From the NCBI GenBank assembly GCA_035352955.1, contig DAOPYQ010000006.1, forward strand, positions 26,456-90,455: 64,000 nucleotides of DNA. Reading direction: 5' to 3'. The translations under genes were made by a program, and so were the position numbers. This document shows, one piece after another, positions 1 to 8,993 of this stretch (its first letter is position 1; each line of letters begins with the position of its first letter). The notes under the pieces were generated by a model that was given only the letters and a program-made list of their open reading frames with translations, made no database searches and was not told the DNA's origin. Source of the DNA: Candidatus Omnitrophota bacterium. Its GTDB lineage: Bacteria > Omnitrophota > Omnitrophia > Omnitrophales > Aquincolibacteriaceae.

Positions 1-699
1 GCGGTGACGCAGGAGATCGGCGAGATCAGCGAGGATTTGGTTGAGAAGGTCAAGATTGCTTCGCGTGTGAGGCCGATCCGGAGGATGAAGTTCAACCATG
101 TCTCAAAAAAGATCCCGGTTGCAAAGGGGGCTGCCGCCAAAGTTGTTGCCGTTGGGGTTTCCACGGGGGGACCGCAGGCGCTTCAGATATTGCTTTCCAG
201 TCTTCCGGCGGGTCTTCCGGCGAGTATTCTTGTGGTCCAGCACATTTCGCCGGGATTTATCCAGGGACTTGCAGACTGGCTGAACCTGACTTCCAGCCTT
301 CATGTTGAAGTTGCAAAAACAGGCGATGTTTTGAGGAGCGGCGTGGTTCTTTTGGCTCCGGACAATTTTCATATGACGGTCGATGACCAGGAAAGGATCG
401 TTTTGAAGGAGGATGTCTCCGAGAAAAAACTTCACGTTCCTTCGATCGATGTTTTATTCGAGTCCGTTGCGGATGCCTATCAAAAGAATGCTGTTGGCGT
501 GATCCTGACCGGAATGGGGCGCGATGGGGTGAAGGGGATCTCGATCATTAAAGGGGCGAGCGGTCATACCATCGCGCAGGATGAAAAGACCTCGGCGATC
601 TTTGGGATGAACAAGATTGCGATCGATGAGGGCGTGATCGATGCCGTGTTGCCCCTGGAAAAGATCGCTGATGAGATCGTACGGCTGGTTAACGGTTAA
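1..699 (+). CDS. cheB: CheB-type protein-glutamate methylesterase catalytic domain. The frame is open to the window edge, so the gene is probably 5'-truncated and the receiver domain, if any, lies upstream.
   Basis: Translation contains VVAVGVSTGGPQAL (active-site Ser), VVQHISPG (His) and GMGRDGVKG (Asp), which is the CheB catalytic triad context. No stop codon upstream within the window. Confidence 0.75.
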   Translation, partial: AVTQEIGEISEDLVEKVKIASRVRPIRRMKFNHVSKKIPVAKGAAAKVVAVGVSTGGPQALQILLSSLPAGLPASILVVQHISPGFIQGLADWLNLTSSLHVEVAKTGDVLRSGVVLLAPDNFHMTVDDQERIVLKEDVSEKKLHVPSIDVLFESVADAYQKNAVGVILTGMGRDGVKGISIIKGASGHTIAQDEKTSAIFGMNKIAIDEGVIDAVLPLEKIADEIVRLVNG

Positions 700-713
700 A
701 AAAGGGGGATGGG

Positions 714-1904
714 ATGAAAAAGCGGATTCTTATCGTGGATGACAGCGCGCTCGTGCGGGATATGTACAAAACTCAGATTGAAGAGGCCGGTTACGAGGTG
801 ATCACGGCGGAAGATGGCGTGGCGGCTATCAACAACGCCTTTTTGAATTCGCCGGACCTGATTCTCCTCGATGTCCAGATGCCCAAGATCAACGGTTATC
901 AGGTTTGTCGGCTGCTGAAAGATCATCCGCTCACGAAGGACATTCCTATCGTGATCATGACGGCCCGTGAGGCGCGTGGTTTTGTGCAGGATCCGAGGAA
1001 GTGGAGTTTTCAGACGGGAGCGAACGGGTATTTCGGAAAGGACGAGGGGATTGACCTGATCGCCGGGATCAAGATGTTCCTGAAACCGACGTCCTCGGCG
1101 GGAAAAAGGCCGGATCATCTGGGAGCTCGGGCCATGAGTGAGACGGAGATCATGCTGGCCCTTTCGCAGCTTTTGGACCGCCAGCTTTATCTGGACGTGA
1201 CGCGTCTTAAGGAACTCGATGAAAAAAAAGATGCTTTTGTCGGGAATGTTTCTCACGAGTTGAAGTCGCCGCTGGCGATTATCAAGGGGTTTCTTGAAAA
1301 TATCCGCGACGGTATTTGCGGTCCCACGACCGAATCTCAGCGGGATGCCGTGACGATCATGCTGAGGACCGTGGAGCGTCTGAGTCGTCTGATCAAGGAC
1401 ATTCTTGATCTTTCCCAGATTGCGGCGGGGAAGATGAAGATGAGTATCGCGGAGGTGGATCTTTGCGGTGTGCTCAGGAGTGTGCATCAATCTTTCGCGC
1501 TGGAGGCCTCCAAAAAGAAGATTGATTTTAAGGTCGAAGTGCCAGCCCAACCGGTACTTCTTTCCGGGGACCAGGACCGTTTGACCCAAGTGGTCGTTAA
1601 TCTCGTCAGCAATGCCCTCAAGTATACGCCCGAGGAACGGAAAGTGATCATGCGTTTATCGACCCGGGACCATGAAGTGCGCGTTGAAGTGGAGGACACG
1701 GGAGGCGGGATCAGCGATGAGAATAAAGAAAAAATCTTCGACAAATTCGAGCGCATCTTGACCGAGAAGAAGGAGGGAACCGGGCTTGGGCTTTCCATCG
1801 CCAAAGACATTGTGGACCTCCACGGCGGTCGGATCTGGCTCGAATCCAAGATCGGCAAAGGTTCGAAATTTATTTTCATTCTTCCGTCGAAGATCGCGAT
1901 CTGA
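714..1904 (+). CDS. Hybrid response regulator / histidine kinase (REC + HisKA + HATPase_c).
   Basis: N-terminal receiver: ILIVDDSALVRD...DLILLDVQMPKINGYQVCRLLK. H-box: VSHELKSPLAII. G-boxes: DTGGGISDE and GTGLGLSIAKDIVDLHGGRIWLES. RBS AAAAAAGGGGGA precedes the ATG. Lies 15 nt after cheB. Confidence 0.85.
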   Translation: MKKRILIVDDSALVRDMYKTQIEEAGYEVITAEDGVAAINNAFLNSPDLILLDVQMPKINGYQVCRLLKDHPLTKDIPIVIMTAREARGFVQDPRKWSFQTGANGYFGKDEGIDLIAGIKMFLKPTSSAGKRPDHLGARAMSETEIMLALSQLLDRQLYLDVTRLKELDEKKDAFVGNVSHELKSPLAIIKGFLENIRDGICGPTTESQRDAVTIMLRTVERLSRLIKDILDLSQIAAGKMKMSIAEVDLCGVLRSVHQSFALEASKKKIDFKVEVPAQPVLLSGDQDRLTQVVVNLVSNALKYTPEERKVIMRLSTRDHEVRVEVEDTGGGISDENKEKIFDKFERILTEKKEGTGLGLSIAKDIVDLHGGRIWLESKIGKGSKFIFILPSKIAI

Positions 1905-2048
1905 ACTGGGGTTGCGGAAGCGTCTTAAAACGGCTTTTTCCGCGTTCGGTTCGTGTTAAAATAAAGCGTGAGTGCACTGAACTTATTATCCTCGGAACAA
2001 CTGCAACGGATCGCACAAAAAACCAAACATATCCTCGGAGGCGATTTT

Positions 2049-2885
2049 ATGGAAAAAGAGATCTCGACCCTTCAGAAATTCATCAATACCGCGGTAGAAT
2101 TTCTCACGAATTACAGTTTTCAAGTGCTTGGCGCCATAATCGTCCTGGTGGTCGGGCACTTCATCGGCAAATGGATTCATGGAATCGTGCTCGGGGTTTG
2201 CGAGAAGAAGAAACTTGATATCACGTTATCGAAATTCCTTGCTAATTGCGCGAAGATGGGTGTTCTCGCGTTCGCGATCCTTATCGCGCTCGGGAAATTC
2301 GGGATTACGATCACACCTTTTATCGCGATGATCGGTGCCGGGGCTTTTGGCGCAAGCATGGCTTTACAGGGGCCTCTGTCTAATTATGGGGCCGGGCTTT
2401 CCATCATTTTGGGCCGTCCTTTTGTGGTGGGGGATACCGTGACCGTGACGGGGCAGAGCGGGATCGTTCAGGAAGTGACGCTGTCCAGCACGATTTTGAC
2501 GGATGAAGACGGCGTCAGGATCACGATCCCGAACAAACATATCGTCGGCGAGATCATCCATAATTCATTTCAGAATCAGATCGTCGAGAATATGGTGGGG
2601 ATCAGTTACGATGACGATCCGGAGAGAGCGATCGAAGTGATTCGCAAAACGATCGCCGGGTTCAAGGAAGTGACGCAGACTCCGAAACCCCAGGTAGGGC
2701 TCCAGGAGTTCGGGGATTCTTCTATCAATATCGGCTGCCGCTATTGGATCCCGACGACCAAGTATTTTCAGACGCTTTGCGCGATCAATCTTGCGATCCA
2801 TAAGGCCCTGGCGGCTTCGAAGATTACCATGCCGTACCCACAACACGATGTGCACATGATTCCCGAAAAGGGTCTCGGGAAATAG
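2049..2885 (+). CDS. mscS: Small-conductance mechanosensitive channel (MscS family).
   Basis: Pore helix region GAGAFGASMALQGPLSNYGAGLSIILGRPFVVGDTVTV is typical of MscS, followed by a beta-domain. GGAGG lies 7 nt upstream of ATG 2049. The longer frame from GTG 1968 is less likely. Confidence 0.8.
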   Translation: MEKEISTLQKFINTAVEFLTNYSFQVLGAIIVLVVGHFIGKWIHGIVLGVCEKKKLDITLSKFLANCAKMGVLAFAILIALGKFGITITPFIAMIGAGAFGASMALQGPLSNYGAGLSIILGRPFVVGDTVTVTGQSGIVQEVTLSSTILTDEDGVRITIPNKHIVGEIIHNSFQNQIVENMVGISYDDDPERAIEVIRKTIAGFKEVTQTPKPQVGLQEFGDSSINIGCRYWIPTTKYFQTLCAINLAIHKALAASKITMPYPQHDVHMIPEKGLGK

Positions 2886-3059
2886 CTGGCTAAAGGGTTG
2901 GCTTTCTCAAAATTTTGAGGTAGTATCATTTCCCTGCGATTCCCAGCGTTGGTGCCTGGGGTCGGGCGAAATGGGTTGCTCGGTCCGCTTCTTGGCGAAA
3001 ACGTCAGGGGGCGTGTCGTGGCGAGTGTAGAGCAGAAAAAACACAATAGGAGGTTTTGC

Positions 3060-3344
3060 ATGAAACGGCTAATGGCAGTTCTTCTTTGTATGTTGCTTTT
3101 TGTCGGGTTTAAATGGGGATCCAGTGACGAACAGTCTGCCGAGACTTCGAATCAGGATGCCGTGGTTTCCGAGGAGAATACCTCAGCCGCGCCGGTCGCC
3201 GGTCCTATTGATGCGAATGCCGTTGCCGCTGCGAGCCGGATGCTTGGAACGGGGACTCCTGAAGAAAAGCAGGCTCGGATGGAAGCTCTGAAGAATGTCG
3301 GCGAAGCTCTTCGGAGAAACCGTGAGAATGCCGCAGCACAATAA
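3060..3344 (+). CDS. Small exported hypothetical protein (signal peptide, Ala-rich).
   Basis: MKRLMAVLLCMLLFVGF signal peptide. AGGAGG lies 6 nt upstream of the ATG. Confidence 0.5.
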   Translation: MKRLMAVLLCMLLFVGFKWGSSDEQSAETSNQDAVVSEENTSAAPVAGPIDANAVAAASRMLGTGTPEEKQARMEALKNVGEALRRNRENAAAQ

Positions 3345-3573
3345 GATTTTCCGGATTGTAATTCTGTAAGCAGCAAAAATTTCTAACGGATCGGTCTATC
3401 CGACTGACGCGGGAATCCTGTTCTAGCGTTGGGATGGGCCGATCCGGTCAAGAAATATAGAATCCCAGGATAGAAGCTTTCTAAAACTATCCGGCCGGAT
3501 CGTTGAGAGTCCCGCGGAGGTGTCAGGCGCCGGTTTATGGTTTTGGCTTAAGGAAGATCCTCAGAAGGAAAAA

Positions 3574-4404
3574 ATGAAAAGAACGTTCGGTGTTGCAGCG
3601 TTCATCAGTTTGATTCTGACGGTCTTTTTCCCAGTGCTCAGAGGTTATGCTGAAACTTCCGGAGCTGGGGTTTCGCAGACCTCTCCGTGGACCTCCGAAA
3701 AACTCGCCTGTCTCGAAAAAGCCGTTTATTTTAACGAATGTTCGGGAAAGCCTGCGAACCTTGCGACTTGGCGAAGCGATGAAGATTTTCCCTCCCTGGG
3801 CATCGGCCATTTCATTTGGTATCCTCCCGAAAAAAAAGGTCCGTATCAAGAGTCCTTCCCGACATTGTTAGTTTTCCTCAAAGAGAATGGTGTCGTTGTC
3901 CCGGCCTGGCTTGAGCAGGGCCCGCCTTGGCGGGATCGCGAAGAGTTTCAGAAAGATCTCCAGAGCGAGCGCATGGTTTCCCTGAGGGCTTTCCTTGAAC
4001 AAACGCGGGCGCTTCAGGTTCTATTTATCATCAAAAGGATGGACAAAGTTCTCCCCAAAATGCTTGAGGCGACTCTCAAGGAAAAGAAGCCGTTGATCGA
4101 ACAGAAATACCGGCTTGTTGCGGAGGCTCCGGGGGGAAGGGTTGCCATGATCGATTATGTCAATTTCAAAGGTGAGGGGACTTCCCTGACCGAACGGTTG
4201 CAGGGGCAGGGGTGGGGATTGCTTCAGGTCCTCGAGGCGATGAAAATACCGGAGGACGCCGCGAAAGTGCTTCCGGCATTTGTTCATGCGGCCGAACAGG
4301 TTTTGGAAAAAAGGGTTGCGATCGTTTTGACGCAAAAGGACGAAAGCCGGGCGCTTAAGGGCTGGAAAACAAGGGTCCGGAGTTACCTGAAGATCACCTG
4401 CTAG
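3574..4404 (+). CDS. Exported hypothetical protein.
   Basis: MKRTFGVAAFISLILTVFFPVLRGYA signal peptide. AAGGA RBS. No recognisable family motif. Confidence 0.55.
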   Translation: MKRTFGVAAFISLILTVFFPVLRGYAETSGAGVSQTSPWTSEKLACLEKAVYFNECSGKPANLATWRSDEDFPSLGIGHFIWYPPEKKGPYQESFPTLLVFLKENGVVVPAWLEQGPPWRDREEFQKDLQSERMVSLRAFLEQTRALQVLFIIKRMDKVLPKMLEATLKEKKPLIEQKYRLVAEAPGGRVAMIDYVNFKGEGTSLTERLQGQGWGLLQVLEAMKIPEDAAKVLPAFVHAAEQVLEKRVAIVLTQKDESRALKGWKTRVRSYLKITC

Positions 4405-4445
4405 GTTCTCGTCCGGGGAATGCGCGGGACTGTTTCGCACAACAT

Positions 4446-6698
4446 ATGAGAAAAATCTTCTTTTTTTCGTTCTTTGCTCTCGGTTTTTCTTCTCTGGTCG
4501 CCCAGGTCACGGTGATCCGGGAACTCGCTATGAGCTTCTACGGGAATGAATTTTTCACCGGTTGGGTCCTTTTTGGCTGGCTGTTCTGGACCGGAACCGG
4601 AAGTTTTGCGGAAAATATATCTTCAAGAACTGAGGGTGCGAGCATTGCCGCTTTGTGGGGCTGCCCCGCAGTTTTGGCACTTCTCTTTCCGTCGACTCTT
4701 TGCCTGGTCCGCTTCGGAAAGTTTTTGCTAGGTGCACCTGCGGGCGCGGCTCCGGACTTTCTTTCCACGCTCGGATATTCCTTTCTGATCCTTGCCCCGT
4801 TTTGCCTCGTTCTTGGCTACCAATTTGCCGCGGCGGCGAGGTGCTGGAATTTCCTGCAGCCCGGGAGTGATACGGTGGTTCTCGGAGGCCGTTCTTATCT
4901 TTTCGAGACGACCGGATTTATCGCGGGAGGGATCCTTTTCTCTTTCGCGCTGGTCTTTGCCGGAGCGTTCCGGGTGGCGGCGATTCTGGCGGCTCTAAAC
5001 CTTGGAATTTCGTGCCTGTTTTTTTTCTATTTTCAGAACAAAACTCGGTTGCTTCGACGGGGCCTTGTCGCGGTCACGGTGTTCCTTCCGTTTTGGCTTT
5101 TTATGAACGCCGGGTCATTTGAACAGGCGAGCGCACAGTGGCGTTTTCCGAATGAAACGCTTGTGGATTCCGAAAATACGGTTCACGGAAATCTGGCGGT
5201 TACGCGGATAGGAAAGCAGTACAGTTTTTATCAGAACGGGTTGCTCGCAGGGACAGGAGACGACAGGCTTGCGGCTGAAACTTTGGTGCATTTCCCGATG
5301 CTCCTTCACCGGAAGCCTGTCCGGGTGCTTCTGATCGGAACGGGGTTCAACGGTGCATTCCGGGAGATCCTGAAACACGGGCCGGAAGCGGTCACGGGGG
5401 TCGAACTTGATCCCCGTCAGGTCGGGTTCGCGAAAAAATATCTCTCTTCGGATCTTGCCGGTGTTCTTGACGATAAACGCATTACGATCGTGACGGAGGA
5501 CAGCCGGTTTTTTCTGAAGACCCACCGGGAGAACTTCGATGTCGTGATCCTGAATGTGCCGGATCCCTCGACGGTACTGGCGAACCGCCAATATACCGCG
5601 GAGTTTTTCCGGAAGATCGGAGAACACCTTGCCCCGGGAGGGATTGTTGCAACACGCCTGATGTTTGCTGCGAACGCGGTTACGCCTGAGCAGGAAAATC
5701 TTGCTGCGTCGCTCTACAAAACCCTCCATCGATCCTTTCCTGAGGTCCTGGTCTTGCCGGAGGACACGCTTTATTTGATTGCCTCGATGGCGCCACTGGT
5801 AAAGGATCCGGCGGTCTTGGCCCGGCGTATGGAAACCCGGGGGATCCGCAATGATTTTGTGACGGCGGAGTATCTCAAGTACCGTCTGACGAATGACCGC
5901 GTTTCCGGGGTGGCGCAACTTTTGCAGAATAACAAAACCGCATGGACGAACAGGGATCTCCAACCACGGGGGTATTATTACGATTTTCTTTGTTGGGTGA
6001 GTTCTTTTCATCCCGCGCTTGCCAGGGGCTTTTCCGCATCGCTGAGAGTTCCTTTTATCCTTATCCCCGGTATCCTGCTCTCCGCAATTCTCCTGGTGCG
6101 CGTTTTTTTTAGAAAGGCATCACTTTCCGGCGCAGCGATGGCTGCGGGAGGATTTTCCCTTATGGCTGCGGAGATCTTGCTGATCTATGCGTTTCAGGTT
6201 TTTTATGGAAATCTCTATTACCGGATCGCGTGGATCATCACCGCCTTCATGGCGGGAATGGGGGCGGGGACGTGGTTGGGCAACCGGAAGAGTTCTACGG
6301 ATCCCAGGACGGTTTTGGGAGGCCTTCATGTTGCGGTGACATTTTATTTTCTTCTGTCGGGAGGGCTGTGGTGGGCATTGTCGCGGAACTTTTTTGCATC
6401 CTCCGGGATCGAGGAGGGTCTTTTCTTCAGCGGAGCCGTCCTGATCGGGGCTCTTTTGGGGTTTGAATTCCCGAATGTTTTGAGATTCCGGGAAGTCGAA
6501 GGGCAGGGAGCTCGGGCGGGGAAGGTTTATGCCGCGGATCTTTTCGGATCTTGTTTCGGGGCGCTTTTTTCGGCGGGATTTTTTATTCCGGCCTACGGTG
6601 TTTACCGCACGTTGATGTTGTTGATGATGCTCAATGCGTCGGTCGCGTTACTTCTTTTGGCCGGGAGAGCGCGTGTTGCCGGAGGAGCCAAAGGATGA
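4446..6698 (+). CDS. Polytopic membrane protein fused to a spermidine-synthase-like (aminopropyltransferase fold) domain.
   Basis: About 7 N-terminal TM helices. Then VLLIGTGFNGAFREIL (matching the SpeE Rossmann VLIIGGGDGG-type motif) and DVVILNVPDPS...FFRKIGEHLAPGGIVAT (matching SpeE DVIIVDSSDP...LKPGGI). Further TM helices at the C-terminus. Confidence 0.8.
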   Translation: MRKIFFFSFFALGFSSLVAQVTVIRELAMSFYGNEFFTGWVLFGWLFWTGTGSFAENISSRTEGASIAALWGCPAVLALLFPSTLCLVRFGKFLLGAPAGAAPDFLSTLGYSFLILAPFCLVLGYQFAAAARCWNFLQPGSDTVVLGGRSYLFETTGFIAGGILFSFALVFAGAFRVAAILAALNLGISCLFFFYFQNKTRLLRRGLVAVTVFLPFWLFMNAGSFEQASAQWRFPNETLVDSENTVHGNLAVTRIGKQYSFYQNGLLAGTGDDRLAAETLVHFPMLLHRKPVRVLLIGTGFNGAFREILKHGPEAVTGVELDPRQVGFAKKYLSSDLAGVLDDKRITIVTEDSRFFLKTHRENFDVVILNVPDPSTVLANRQYTAEFFRKIGEHLAPGGIVATRLMFAANAVTPEQENLAASLYKTLHRSFPEVLVLPEDTLYLIASMAPLVKDPAVLARRMETRGIRNDFVTAEYLKYRLTNDRVSGVAQLLQNNKTAWTNRDLQPRGYYYDFLCWVSSFHPALARGFSASLRVPFILIPGILLSAILLVRVFFRKASLSGAAMAAGGFSLMAAEILLIYAFQVFYGNLYYRIAWIITAFMAGMGAGTWLGNRKSSTDPRTVLGGLHVAVTFYFLLSGGLWWALSRNFFASSGIEEGLFFSGAVLIGALLGFEFPNVLRFREVEGQGARAGKVYAADLFGSCFGALFSAGFFIPAYGVYRTLMLLMMLNASVALLLLAGRARVAGGAKG

Positions 6699-7405
6699 AT
6701 CGCAAACGGGCGTTTTTATTATTGGCCGCGTTCCTTTCTTTGGGAACAATGATAGGGATCATGGCTTATGCCGAAGCGCCGCGGTCTTTACTCCGTTTTT
6801 TTTGGAGCCTGCCGTTTCTGTGGGTCATCAAGGTTTTTTGTGCCGGGGCTTTTGCTTTGCTGATTTTAAAATGGCTCGGGCGAACGCTTCCGGCGGGAAT
6901 CCTGAAATGGATCTACGGGATCGTTTTTTTGCCGATCTTGCTGTTACCGCTATTCCGTTGCTGGTTCAAAGTGCCGTATGTTTTTTGCCGCGTCTGTCCC
7001 GCGCCTTGCCCCTGGGGTTTGGTGCGGACATTTGCGTTTAATACATTCCTTCTGCTGAATTTACGGGGAAAGTTCTGGTGCCAGGGCCTCTGCCCTTTCG
7101 GAACGTTTCAGGAGTGCCAGGCGCAGGTTCCGGGCCGCAAACTCAGTCTTCCCGGATGGCTTTCGGTCTCTTCTTTCGTCATCTTGCTCGCGGTGGCGGG
7201 GATGTATTTGTTGACGCTTTTCGAATCCCGATGGGCGGGGTTTTTCGAATCGGGAGGATACCGGTGGGGCATGGGGGCCGTGCTCGTGGCTCTGGCGATC
7301 CTTCTGAGTTCATTCTTCATTCCGAAATTCTGGTGCCGCTATTTTTGCCCGGTCGGGACGATCGCGGAGCTCAGTGCTTCTCTTCGGGGAAAACCTGCGC
7401 GGTAA
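6695..7405 (+). CDS. Small polytopic membrane protein with three CxxxCP motifs (NapH/NosR/MauN-like redox membrane protein).
   Basis: Motifs CRVCPAPCPWG, CQGLCPFGT and CRYFCPVGT between hydrophobic helices. Its ATG overlaps the stop of the upstream gene (ATGA at 6695-6698). The upstream extension of the frame to 6551 was rejected. Confidence 0.65.
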   Translation: MNRKRAFLLLAAFLSLGTMIGIMAYAEAPRSLLRFFWSLPFLWVIKVFCAGAFALLILKWLGRTLPAGILKWIYGIVFLPILLLPLFRCWFKVPYVFCRVCPAPCPWGLVRTFAFNTFLLLNLRGKFWCQGLCPFGTFQECQAQVPGRKLSLPGWLSVSSFVILLAVAGMYLLTLFESRWAGFFESGGYRWGMGAVLVALAILLSSFFIPKFWCRYFCPVGTIAELSASLRGKPAR

Positions 7406-8993
7406 AAACCTGTAACTCGACCGAGGGGTCTTTCCAGCAGTTACGGGGTAATCCGGCTTTCTGACTGCAAAGTTCACTCAGGAATTCCTCCTTATTCCAG
7501 CCTGTTTCGGTGGCAACCTGAGGGAGGAACACTCCGTGGTTAAAAAGTCCTTTCGAGACCGTAACGCCGTGTTTCCCCAGGACGATTTCGTCCGTACCCG
7601 TGATCTTTCGCAGCGGACTGAGGATCGATATCTCGTAGGTTAGCTTGTCGAGTTCTTCGGGCGCGACCGGGCGGAAACGCGGATCCTGGGTTGCGGCGGA
7701 GATCGCCATTTGCTGGACGACGTTGTAAACCGGAAGGTCGGCTTCAAAGCGGCCGATGCAGCCGCGCAATTGGCCGTGCTCCCTCAGCGTAACGAAAGCC
7801 CCGAGTTTTTTTTCAAAATTCCCGGACACCGGAGCGTAGGGGGGGATCTTTTTTGTCCGCACGTAACTTTCAACCGTCGATTTCGCGAGTTTTAGGAGTT
7901 CGGCCTCTTCTTCCGGATTCACGCTTTTCTCGTCCACGGTATTCTTTTTTTCAAAACCTGCTTTGGCCGGAGGTGCCGTTTCTTTCTGTTCCGTAACAAA
8001 AGCCATTGCACCGTAACCGACGACGCGGTTTTTGTCGCCGAAAAGGACGTCTCCGGAGTTGGCATAATCCAATAACACCGGTTTATCTCCCAAGGCCTGG
8101 CCTATGAGCAAGGCGACGCGGACGCCGCTTGGGCTGCAGAGGAAGGTCTCGGCTTGAGGCACATGTTCTCCCGCAAGTGATTTCAAAGTCGCGTCAAAAT
8201 TTTCCATTTTCCCTGTCAGAAGGGCATCCAGCGTTCTCTTATCGGCGGAGGAAGCCTCGGCATACGGCGGATAATGGGACATGTCCGTACTCGCGACGAT
8301 TACAGTCTTGTCGTCCATAAGCTTGGGAAGTACGGAGGCCATTTTTCGGGCAAGGTCGGCGGAATCGCCGCTGAAAAGGACCGGAACGATCTTGAAATCC
8401 TTGTGCATCATGACGCGCTGGAGAAAGGGGAGCTGGACTTCAAGGACGTGGTCCTCGTTGTGGACCTGAGGGTTATCGACAAATACGGGGTCTGCAGCGA
8501 GGAGTTTTGAGGCGAAGGCTTCATCGATGGGGACGAGACCGAGGGGTGTTTCGAAAGCGCCTTTGGCGTAGACCGCAATCCCGTCGAAATAGTGCCGGTG
8601 GCTGTTTCCGATCAGAATAACGGTGCGGATATCACGGTCTTCGAGTTCTTTGTAGGCGTAGGCTGCGACAGGTCCCGAGAAAACATAGCCTGCGTGGGGG
8701 ACGATAATCGCGCGGATCGGTGCTTTGATCTCCGGGGGATTTGCCTGACGCAGCATGGCGTCGACGTAACGTTCCAATTCTGCTTTGTCGCTGGGGTAGA
8801 ATCCTCCCGCGACCGAGGGCTTACGAACATTGGAGGATTCCGGCGCCTTTTTTTGACTAGGGAAAGAGAATGTGAACGCAAAGAAAACCGTTGAAAGCGC
8901 AACGCACAATGCACCCCGTAAAGCGATGCGTTGACCGTTGGACATTGCCCGTTGCGCGGGTTTATTTCCAAACGCCTGGGACTTTCTCTCCAT
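7371..8993 (-). CDS. amrBA: AmmeMemoRadiSam system fusion protein: N-terminal MEMO1-like AmrB plus C-terminal AMMECR1-like AmrA.
   Basis: IIVPHAGYVFSGPVAAYAY (MEMO1 PHAGYxYSG motif) in the first half. GQLRGCIGRFE (AMMECR1 LRGCIG signature) in the second half. N-terminal hydrophobic segment ALCVALSTVFFAFTFSF. GGAG lies 9 nt upstream of ATG 8993. Alternative start at 8945. Confidence 0.8.
   Translation of the reverse strand: MERKSQAFGNKPAQRAMSNGQRIALRGALCVALSTVFFAFTFSFPSQKKAPESSNVRKPSVAGGFYPSDKAELERYVDAMLRQANPPEIKAPIRAIIVPHAGYVFSGPVAAYAYKELEDRDIRTVILIGNSHRHYFDGIAVYAKGAFETPLGLVPIDEAFASKLLAADPVFVDNPQVHNEDHVLEVQLPFLQRVMMHKDFKIVPVLFSGDSADLARKMASVLPKLMDDKTVIVASTDMSHYPPYAEASSADKRTLDALLTGKMENFDATLKSLAGEHVPQAETFLCSPSGVRVALLIGQALGDKPVLLDYANSGDVLFGDKNRVVGYGAMAFVTEQKETAPPAKAGFEKKNTVDEKSVNPEEEAELLKLAKSTVESYVRTKKIPPYAPVSGNFEKKLGAFVTLREHGQLRGCIGRFEADLPVYNVVQQMAISAATQDPRFRPVAPEELDKLTYEISILSPLRKITGTDEIVLGKHGVTVSKGLFNHGVFLPQVATETGWNKEEFLSELCSQKAGLPRNCWKDPSVELQVFTAQVFPEEKH

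Noticed and set aside
6551-6694. Upstream extension of the CxxxCP membrane protein frame.
   Set aside because: It overlaps the 3' end of the preceding gene in another frame. An ATG at 6695 with a GGAGG upstream and an ATGA stop-start overlap is the natural start.
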